Below, one piece after another: positions 53,418 to 64,000 of a stretch of 64,000 bases of DNA; position 1 is the first letter of the stretch; each line of letters opens with the position of its first letter. The stretch covers positions 6,138,001 through 6,202,000 of the forward strand of contig CP075495.1 in assembly GCA_021613535.1 (NCBI GenBank), given 5' to 3'. This DNA comes from Adineta vaga. Lineage: Eukaryota > Animalia > Rotifera. Position numbers and translations under genes: made by a program. The notes below the pieces were generated by a model, which did not search any database, was not told the origin of the DNA, and worked only from the letters and a program-made list of their open reading frames with translations.

Positions 53418-56400
53418 ATGGCTGAAGCATCAGAAATACCACCAGATAATTATAATAATAATTCTAATCTAGTAACAACTATTCAACCAGCTATAAAACT
53501 TGGTGGTCGTGGTACGCCACGTCGTAAAACACGTCGTTCATCTAATACAAACCATTCTGCACTTGTTGCTGCACGAACTATAGAAAATAAATTGAAACCA
53601 TTTCGTACTCAATATCAATTATATGATCAACAAGAACTTTTTGATGTTACTATTCTTTATGAAGATGGTCATATTGATACGCAAAATCAAGTTCATATTC
53701 ATTCGACACGATCAATGACTATTCATGAGATTGATTCATCGGAAACAGGTACGCAAACCTATCATATTAATGATCTAGATTCAACAACATCAGCTTATTT
53801 ATTGGGTAAAACTGATCATTTTTCTAATGAAATCAACGGACAAACAATATCTTCATTGCCAATATTAACAAGTTCAACAAATTATTATAACGATATTCGA
53901 CAACGACAATTGTACACTCAATCATCACCATACTATATGAATGCTAGTAATTATCAACAAACTCCTTATGCATACAATTCTTTTGATGCGTATTCGAAAA
54001 ATATTCAAGAAGTATATGGTGGTGTGAATGAACAATCCGATGATGAAGAAGAAAAAGATGACATCATTTCAACGGTGACAAAATCAAAAAGAAGACGAAA
54101 ACGTAAACCAAGGAAATCAACATCAGGACCATCGATATTAACTGTTTCTTCGCAAATAAAACAAAGAGAAGATGACGATGATGATGATGATGATGCTCAC
54201 GGCAATGATGATGTCCAAGATATAGAGAGTGTAACTGAACAACCAGTTGAACATCTCGAGAATGATAATATCATAGCAACAAAAACAAAACGTAAACGAC
54301 GAAGAATACGTAAACCAAAAAAATCGTCAACCACCGGTGAACAAGTTCCATCCTCAACTATGGTTGAACAATCGAATACTAATGCATTAGATTCTTTACC
54401 CGATGAAAAAAGCCAAAGTGAACATATAACATCACAATCATCTACACCATCGACGCCAGCTATTCAACACCACATACCGCCACATTCAACATACTTTGAA
54501 CTTGAGAAAAACCAACCGTCGATCTCGTCTGGGAATGACATGCATGAGAATAAGAATAATTTTTCTCATGAAGATGTTCTGAACGTGCTAAAGAACGTCG
54601 AAGAAAAAAAAGAAATAGACACAACGAACTTTTTATCAAGAACTACTGACATTCCTGTTAATAGTAGCACTCCAACTATTTCCATTCCTACTAAGTCTAT
54701 TATCACTGGCGTAGTTAAAAATGAAGATGAAAACAACCAAATCAACAATTCTATTACATCGACAACATTCCGAAATACTACTAATTTACCCATTATTGTT
54801 ATTAACGATGATGATGATGAAATATCAAACAAACAAAATGATTTAGATCAGGTTAGTTAGAAGAATTTTTATGTCATTCTGTTTCATATATAGTAGGAAA
54901 GAAATACAAGGACATTCTGAGAAATTTTCTTCCCATAGAAAGATAAGATACTTAAGCATAAAAGACGATTTTTATGCTATAGACAAAGACTGTCTTGTCT
55001 TGTCTTGTCTTTTCTTTTCTTTTCTTTTCATTCAATTTTAATCTTCATCGTCGAAAGAAAAAAACAAAAAAACGTCATTCATCAATGTTCGTCACTGAAT
55101 TCAATCAATTTCTTTTTTCGCACTTTCTTATATAATTAACATTCATATGAAGCATCCTTAGAGAAACAATGCATGTTTCAAATAACCTTGTTTGATATCC
55201 AAAATAAAATCCAAGGATACATATCTCTAGATTTCATCTATCTCCATTTTCTCATCAGAAATGTCAATATATTATTGTACTGAAAAATAAGATGTATTTT
55301 TATTCGATCAATTTTCATGAAAATCTATTTGCCCTTGAATATTGATGTGAGAATAAAAAAACACGATACGATTTCATTTTCATATCACGTTTAAGCCCTT
55401 GTTGACTAACAAATAGGCAAACATGTTTCTTTTCTCTCCATTTCTCTTCTATGATAACAAATATACATGAGAAAAAACGACGGACGGACTTATATGATTG
55501 TTAGTATCGTAAACATTTTTGAGCAACTAAAAAACCGATGAGACAAATCGTTCTGCATCAACAAATGATTTTTATCACATTAATTAGTCGAAGAAAATTA
55601 AATGAAATAGATTTCTTGATAAAATCTACAAGAATATCGTTTGCGTTGACAATTTAAAGAGACTCAAAGGATTTCATAACAAAGTTAAAAAGGACAATTT
55701 TAATACCGTCAAATAGAAGCATCAGTCCTTTTAACATTATTGTTCTCCAAAGTGAATCCTTCGAAAACAAATATCAAAATTCAAACGTTTTCATGAGTTT
55801 TCAACCAAAATAATTATCCATTCACAATGAATATATATATGTATATATAGAATATATTAACAAAAAAAAACACGAATTATATTTACATTATTCCAAACAA
55901 CATCAATTTGCACATTGATCACGTTTTTGAAATTATCATTCGTCGACACAGCTGTTTCTCTCTCACATCAGAAATGCTTGAAAAAAAAACAGACTAAAGT
56001 GCATTATTCTTTTATTTTCAATTTTATATTAAACGGAACTAAATGATTTTTAGTCTATTTCATATTAAGAAAAATAAAACTAAATAGAAAAAAGAAAGTG
56101 AAAATAAGGCTTTAATTAATTTTTCAGCAAGAAAATTGATTTTGTCTATATATATTTAAATCTAGTGACTAAATACATATATTATTTCTTACACACCTGT
56201 TTCAATTTATTTTAGAAAGCCAATTCAACGTGTATATCTAATAGAATTAAATCACCTTTGTCTACAATCAATTTTGATATGGATAGCAAAGATAATGATC
56301 CATCTTCTTTACAAAATTTCACACAATCAACAAATAGCATTTCATCTAATGATAATATAGAAAATTCAACAACAACAACAACAACAACAACACCACATGA

Positions 56401-59400
56401 AACATTTATTGGAGATATTTTATCAACAGATGGAAAATATGCATCAGTTAGGTTTCATGATGAACCACGACGTCATACCATATCTCATTTTACACCATCA
56501 ACAATACATAATTCATCTCGAAAACAATCGAAAACGAATTTGAATAATGTAACATCTGATTTAAATACACAATTAGAATCGAATGATAGTGACAAATCAA
56601 TAATAAAACAACTCAATCCTGATGCACCTGATTTTAAACCAACTGATTTCACATCATCTTATCATTCAGAATTAGCACCAGCACATTTACAACGACGTGC
56701 AACACATGGAGATTTTCAATATGACGGTCGAAATCGTACACGTAATCATTCTGATACACTTCATCATGGAGAAAGTTTAACGACAATAAGACCATTGTTA
56801 TCAATTGTACCACAATATACTCCATATCATCGAAAATCATGGAGTACAACAACATCAAATTCTTTATGGCAATCTGAATTGAATCATTCAACATCACCGA
56901 ATTCAAAATCAGTAACGCAAATCTATGCACCTTTAATGCCTCAACCATTATTACCTGATGAGAATAATTTTTTACACAAGCAACCAACAAAACGACCTCG
57001 TGCTTATTCAGGTCGAGCTGTGATGTCTTCTTTGAATCCACCAACATATACTCGACAACGATCTCAATCAGGTCCTGAACCATCTATTCAACCACCATCA
57101 TCACATCTTACTGGTATCCATTCATTGACAAGAATAATGGTTGATTTATTACGATTGATCAAACCTATCGTAGAAGAACAGTCACAACAACAAGATAAGG
57201 AAACAATCTTAGTAACAAATAGTACTTTAGATTCTTCCTACGAACATAAAGATCAGAAATACCCACAAGATGAAAAACAACTTGGTAAAGTAGGTACAAG
57301 AGAAAACGTTGTTATTGCTGAAGACAAGTGTACAACACCTTCATCATCATCGTTATTATTATTATCAAGCGATAAAGCAGCAGGTACTGGTGTTTTTTAT
57401 TGACAAAAGTACTTTCGCTTGATTTACATATATACTTGAAAAATATAAGTAGTGAAGGAATACCAAAAAGTTAAAAAGAAACACATAGACAGAGAGAGGG
57501 AGAGGGAGAGGGAGAGGGAGAGGGAGAGAGAAAAAAGAACCTTGTATTGATTAAGATATGTGAGGCTAAAAGAAGGAGTAACCTGCTGTGTCCTCATTTT
57601 TCTTCAATAATAATGATTAATGATCATATCTGAAGAAAAATGAAACCATCGCACGCTAGTATGCCAACAAAAAAAATATATTTATTATTCGATTATCATT
57701 ACAGACATATTGTGAATATACAATCGACATTTCTTCTTTTCTTCCTCTATACTGTTTCTCATTAGAATCAGACAGACATCGAGCATAAAAATTGCTGCAA
57801 GTACATAATTTATTGAGTGTATATAATCATTCTGAAATTAGTTATATTCAGACATTGAATTACGATCCTATTTCATATGATAACCTGGACAAATATATAT
57901 ATAAACATAATATGTTTTTCTTCTCAAAAAGATTCAGATTTCTTGATTCATACAAAGATACAAAGAGAAGAAAATTTAAGATCATTATATGAGCGTATTT
58001 AGATTAGAAATAAAGACAATCATAAAAAAAAGTATTCTTTATATCAAAGTTAATTGGACTTTGCATATATATATGTATACGCAACGAGAGATTATTGTTG
58101 ACAGATAGGATCTCGTCGAATTATTTTACATAACAGTGTATTTTGTCAATAAGAAATGAATACTGATGAGAGACAGCGTCATTACTTGGCTGTGTCATCA
58201 ATCAAAAGTGTATTTACTTCATTACGAGTTTTTTTTGTCAAAGTAAATAATATGATAACAATAGACATTGCATCAAGCGAGCGAATTTTTCAACCGATTG
58301 TACAAATACTTTTGTAATCTGAGTATGATATCAGAGGGTAGAAAGGTGTCTTAAAAGAAAAATGTAGAAATATTTTAGTAAAACGCATTGAAGCGTGCGA
58401 GCAAACATCATTCATATAACCACCACAATGATAAGTGTTTGTACACCAAACTGTCATGTGTAATTTTAGCCGACGAATTTTAACCTTTTAAATCGTGTCG
58501 ATTTTCTTTTGTTTGATAGATAGATAGTTATATAACTTATAAATATATATATATATATATATCATAGTTATTAACAATATATAAAAATGATAGATATCTT
58601 TCATTTACGTTTTTTCTTAATAATAAAGTGACTATATATATTGATAAAAATCATTAAATTTATGCATATATGTGCAGACCACAAAACTCAATTTTTGTTC
58701 ATATAACTATTCAAACATAATATTAACGAACGAATGAATCTTTCGATAAAGATCGGTTTCGCTTTTTTCTCTGCAATTAAAGACGAATGTTAAAAAGTTC
58801 AATAAAAAAGAAATTGATTGAAAAAAAAATTTCAATTGATTCTATTATTTAGATGTCACGAGCGAGGATGAAAACTCGTCAACAAATTTCAATACAAATG
58901 AACCGAAACTAACATTATCGTTGATTTCGATCGAAAGAAAAAATGAAAACAATCTTACATCAACGTTTGATGTACCGTCTTATCAAAATAGTGAAAATGA
59001 CGAAACAACAAGAGCAACAACCGAATCTGTTCTCCTAGGTACGCCTGATGCTCGAGCAGCTAATTGACTTTACACTAACATATATGTGTTACACATTCTT
59101 CTTTACTAACTCTTAGATCAAGTATGTTGATTAGCATTAATAAAAGATTTTTTTTCAATCACAGGGTATAAACTTATATATACAATGATTCTTTTAAAAA
59201 TAATCTCTAGAATTTTGCCAACATTTAATAGGTTCTCGGTTGTTTTTCTTATTAACTCACATGCGTGTGTGTGTGTGTTGGTGTGCGTGTTTGTTGTATG
59301 CACTTTCTGTATTTTTCTTTATTCTCTTCTCTTATTCAGAACATTACATTGGAGAAGAAGAAAAATCCGGTAATCAATGCCGACATATGGCGAAAAATGC

Positions 59401-62400
59401 CGAAGATGAAGAACAGCAAAGACATCAACAGTCAAATTCTACAATTTCTTCAGCATCCCCTACAGGGTCAAGTAAATATTTTCATTCAATATCAGTCCAA
59501 AAAAAACTCTTAAAAAAATCTCCAGAAATGGTAGAAGTAGAAGAACAAATGCCTTCGACAACAGTGATGAAAAATGAGGGTTCGAGTAATAATAGACCGT
59601 CAAGCATGAATATTCTCCATAGTAATATTGATGATGGTTTGATGAGAAAAAAACAAAGAGAAAAAGGAAATCTATCAATAGAACAAGAAAATTTGGTAGA
59701 AGAGAAGAACGAGAAAAACGACGAACAAATGTGTACAATAAACATGAAGGACGGAAAAAACGACAAAGAAATAAAATCATTGTATTTTATGAGATCGAAT
59801 ACCGACCATAATGATGATGATGATGATACGAAAAATAACGATAACAACAACGAAAGTGTACTTATTAAAAATGATTTTTCTTTTTTTACTACTCGTTCTT
59901 CTCCTTCAAACAGTCATAGAGAACAAAATGATGAATCTTTTAAAGAACGACCTGTAATAACATCATCTTCATCAATTATGAGTGTACCAAAGAATCTTAT
60001 ATCGACACGACTTTTTCCTATTGTAAATGAAACTACTAGCATATCGACAACATCATCTTGTATTTCTACTTCTCTCAATTCTATTACTTCCACCAACAAC
60101 ATCGTCAATAATGACAATAAATGGGATGAGCAAGATACAGAAGCTACGCTTAGTGGCGATGAAAGAGCGGCAATGACAACGGCAAATGTCGACGATGGAG
60201 GCGAAAATAAGAGAGACAGAGAAAAAGGTGAAAGAGAAAAAAGAGAGGACAACATTAAGAGAACGCTAACGTCAACGACGGCGAGAGAAGAAGAGAAAAC
60301 AGAAGAGAGAGAAAGAGCAAGGCAACCAAATAAAAATACTGATTCAGTTACATCGTTTACAAGCGAGCAGCACAGTTGCCCGAGCGTCGTCCGCCTTAGT
60401 GTTGACGACTCAATGGCGAACCGTGTCTCGGCATCATATAGTAGAAATAATCCTAATCAAAATACTTCATCGTCAAATAATCGCTCAAGTCGTTCGACAC
60501 TTACTACACATACTTATGCATCTACCAATACATGTAATACAGAACCAACATATACAACAACACGTATAGAAGGTGATCCTCGAACTCTTCATTCATATTA
60601 CCTTACATCATCGAATTATCGTCCGCCATCGACGAGTCCAGTTAATTCCTTGACTCGTCGTTATCATCATCATCATCATCATGAATATGAACCTTCATAT
60701 CCGTCTATTTCACGTTATCGTACACCCTCATCTTCATCACCGTACCGTAAAACGCATTACTTAGATGATTCTGATGAAGAAATAATCAATGAAGAAATAC
60801 TTGAAATCACTGATCTCAATCATTATCCAACGTTAATTGAACGATGGGGTGATGATACGAAGACTGTTGTTCGACAAGAAGGAGAATTAAAAATTGAAGA
60901 TTTTGTTGAATTTGAAGAAACAGAACCAACTGTCATTGAAGAGATACTCTATGAACTTGTTTACTCTGGTGATAATTTAAAGACATGCCGTCAAATTCAT
61001 CGATCACGTTCCGAATCACGAAATTTTCGTAAAATTAAAAAACGTCGTACTAAACGAAAACTTCAACCAAATGATGATTCATCTTACATAACTTCACAAG
61101 CAACATCAAGAGATACGAGTGGTACACGTTCACCATATTTTAATGATAGTCAATATAGTCCAGAACGTTCATCGACACCAACTCAATCAATTCTATCAAC
61201 ATCATGGCAATCAACAGGATTTACTTCAACAAATAGATCTTCATTAGAAATACCTTTACAGAATCGTTCTAATGAAAACAATTATATCAACAGAGTTAAA
61301 GTGAATGAAAATCAAACATTTCCACGAACAACAATCACAAATAATAATAATATTCAATATGAAACATTTGAAACCGATGCAATTGATAAACAAAAGATAG
61401 ACCTGGTTGATGAAATGCGATATATATCAAATCAAATTGATACGTTAATTACAGCTGATGATGATGCTTTAATTGAAAATGACAAATATGCACCTATCAT
61501 TAGTGAAAAACAAGGTATCACAAAAATAAAACTTGCACCAACAACTTCTGATCAAACAACAGATGATTCTCTTCTTAATAAACATTCAAATGATACAAGT
61601 GAACTTCTACCATCACAAGGAAATGATCAATTCATAACAACTTCTCGAGCAATAGACGACAAAGAACAATCAAGGATAAATATTATCGAACAAACATCTC
61701 TACCGAAAGAAATCAGTCGTAAGTAATTATTCTTCCTTTCTTCTTTTGCCTGTTATCCTCAATCTTCTTATGACATAAATACTCATTAAGTATCTCTCGA
61801 AAGGAAAAAAAACGAATTCTGAAGACATGAAAATTAATCATCTTAACATTAGTCGAAACGAAGAAAGAAAAAAGGTTTCATCATTCAAATATTTGAGAAG
61901 ATATTGAAAACTTTTTAAAAAAATGTCAAAAAAGTTTTCTTTATTTTAAATTTAAATTTTATGTACATATTATTTATTAATAAGAATAACAACAACCTAT
62001 TATTAATTACTTGTCTTTTCAAGGTCAACAAATTTATTCAATTGATAATGAAAAACAAATCAATAATACAATTTCAACGAAACATGATGAGTCAGAAAAA
62101 GAGGACGACGAACAATCAAGTACAACTGGACCGACTGTACAAGAACTTGATAAAGATGAACATATTACAGGAAAAGATACGGATGAAGATGCGTCATTTA
62201 GTGAGAGTGAACAAATATCATCTCAGTCTATCAAGTCAGATACACCTCAACAATCAGATCATGTAATACAACCAACGACAACAACAACAGCAACAATAAT
62301 CGATGAACTTCGTCCTTCACCTTTACCTTCTATAGAACTACTAGAAGATGAAAAGAAAACTATTGCTGAAACTACAGACTTATTGATTAGTGAACTTGAT

Positions 62401-63978
62401 GATATAGAAGCTCAGTTGAAATCGATTGAATCAGAAGAACAACAATTGGAAACTATGCTCGATCAAAACGTAAAAGAATATTCAAGTACAAAAAAATTTG
62501 TTTTTTTAATTCTTCTTTTTTTCTTAGGAAACGGAAGATATATCTACAAGCGAAGATCAAACAACCTCCGCTGGAACTGTTCCATCGATTACACCTGAAA
62601 AAGCTATATTGTCGGTAACAATCGATGATGAACATGATACTGAAGAAGATCTTCGACCATTTCTAAATTCTCTAACAGCTCATCTAATGCCAGAATTGCC
62701 AAGATCATTTGAAGACGAAACTGAAGATGAACTATCATTTATGTCTGAAACAAAATCGTCAGAAGAACCGATTTCTCAAGAAGATCAAGTCCTCAACTCT
62801 GGAGTACAACAAACAAAAGAAAAAACATCGACACAATCTCATCAACATATTCCATCAGAACAAATCGAAGCAAAGTAAATAAAAAAGTCAACAGTCTTCT
62901 TTCTTCTTCTTCATTTTTTCAATTACATCACTTGAATTTTGACTTTTTTTGTTTGATTCAGAACTCAAGATCAACTACCAAAAGATCAAACGATTGTTCA
63001 TGTACAAGAAACCGAACAAGAACAAGAACAGAAAGAAAATTCTTCTTCGATCATTGATACAAGTGCTAGTACGGTTTCATATGTTCAAGAAACAAGCTTA
63101 CATAAACAAGAACCAACGACGAAAGAAATATCACATTCAATTGATTCTTCTGTCCATAGTGCCGAACAAATAATAACAACTGATAAGACACCTCAAGATC
63201 GAAAAGAACAAGAACCAATTTCTCTAACTTCTTCCAATCAACTACAATCAAAAGAAATAACATCTGAAGAAATACAAGAGGTGACAGAAGAACAATCGGA
63301 TAATGTCAAATCTCTTACTGATATTGTTCGCCAAATAAATACTCAACCTTCGAATCAAGTAGAAGATAAATTATCGTCTCTTGATTCCAATGTCGAGCGT
63401 ACTCAATCCGTTAACACATCTGAAGAACAGAAACAATCAATTTCTAACACCTCATCTACAACTGATGAAACTATTGAAAGAAGAACATCTATTGATCGTC
63501 AACCAACAACTGAATTTAAATCAACAAAAGCATCTGATGAACATATACCATCAGATTCTCTCGTTGATGTTGTTCGTCAGATTCGTGCTATACCACAAAT
63601 CACTCGTCTTCCATTTACTGATAATAGACCAGAAACTGCTGATCTTATAGAACAAAAACTTGAGAAACCGTCCGTTGATTATCATGTAGATATTATAGAA
63701 ACAAATGAAAGCATTCCATATGAACCGGTGACAATACCCGAAGAACATGTATTATCCACAACAGATAAAAGACGATCTATCACAGAAACAATGTCAACAC
63801 CGATTTCTGAAAATACAGAGCAAGAAACGCAAGCTGAACGTCTTTCAACTGAAGCACCATTAACTACACAATCTCCATCAATAGATACGACAATAGAAAG
63901 CATTGTATCCATAGAAAAACAAAATGAAAAACAACCATTAATTAAATCATTTGATGAAAATATCAACAACAATACAGA
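53418..63978 (+). CDS. Giant (>2,300 aa, 3'-truncated) disordered protein with an N-terminal divergent NAC-beta/BTF3-like region and a PAM2 motif
   Basis: Phase-consistent exons 53418-54851, 56216-57383, 58853-59038, 59340-61718, 62024-62469, 62528-62874, 62962-63978; the next intron starts at 63979. It contains KLGGRGTPRRK (compare BTF3 RIGGKGTARRK) and QLNPDAPDFKP. It may instead be two overlapping transcription units. Confidence 0.7.
54989..55029 (+). repeat. Compound (TGTCT)n(TTTCT)n pentamer microsatellite
   Basis: actgtcttgtcttgtcttgtcttttcttttcttttcttttc read directly. Confidence 0.85.
57491..57530 (+). repeat. (GGGAGA)n hexamer microsatellite
   Basis: agagagagggagagggagagggagagggagagggagagag read directly. 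Confidence 0.9.
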
Positions 63979-64000
63979 GTTAGTTATTTTCTTCTTTTGT

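Noticed and set aside
59460-60255. Antisense ORFs (also 27841-28068, 46997-47266, 54566-54832, 56649-57083)
   Set aside because: These are shadows of low-complexity sense exons and have no independent coding evidence.
62486-62527. Apparent frameshift between ORFs 62011-62598 and 62609-62878
   Set aside because: It is resolved by a normal 58-nt intron at 62470-62527.
1-64000. Transposable elements, CRISPR arrays, tRNA/rRNA genes, telomeric repeats
   Set aside because: I saw no transposase or RT motifs, terminal repeats, repeat-spacer periodicity or cloverleaf. Small ncRNAs could be missed without a covariance-model search.

Overview
This is AT-rich eukaryotic (metazoan) DNA with many ~50-60 nt GT-AG introns and dense microsatellites. 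The gene architecture and the TPR gene family suggest a bdelloid rotifer (inference, not proven). I assembled ten spliced protein-coding genes by hand and checked reading-frame phase across each junction: the 3' end of a TPR protein; eyes absent (eya, minus strand); TMCO1; a 14-exon ~3,100-aa mostly disordered scaffold rich in short linear motifs; calmodulin-dependent phosphodiesterase PDE1; a small unknown protein with a tau-like basic tail; a secreted Cu/Zn superoxide dismutase; a type-II membrane SEA-domain gene with a frame discontinuity; a cationic amino-acid transporter (minus strand); and a >2,300-aa protein that runs off the window. The last one is the most interesting: it starts with a divergent NAC-beta (BTF3)-like ribosome-binding motif and NAC domain, and also carries a PAM2 (PABP-binding) motif. 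Other highlights are candidate mutually exclusive exons and micro-exons in the PDE1 regulatory hinge, a hairpin-masked poison exon, a probable promoter inside a coding exon, and an amphipathic helix repeat shared by the two giant proteins. I saw no convincing transposon, RNA gene, CRISPR array or horizontally acquired gene. Exon models come from sequence reading only, and family resemblances are from memory rather than database searches.
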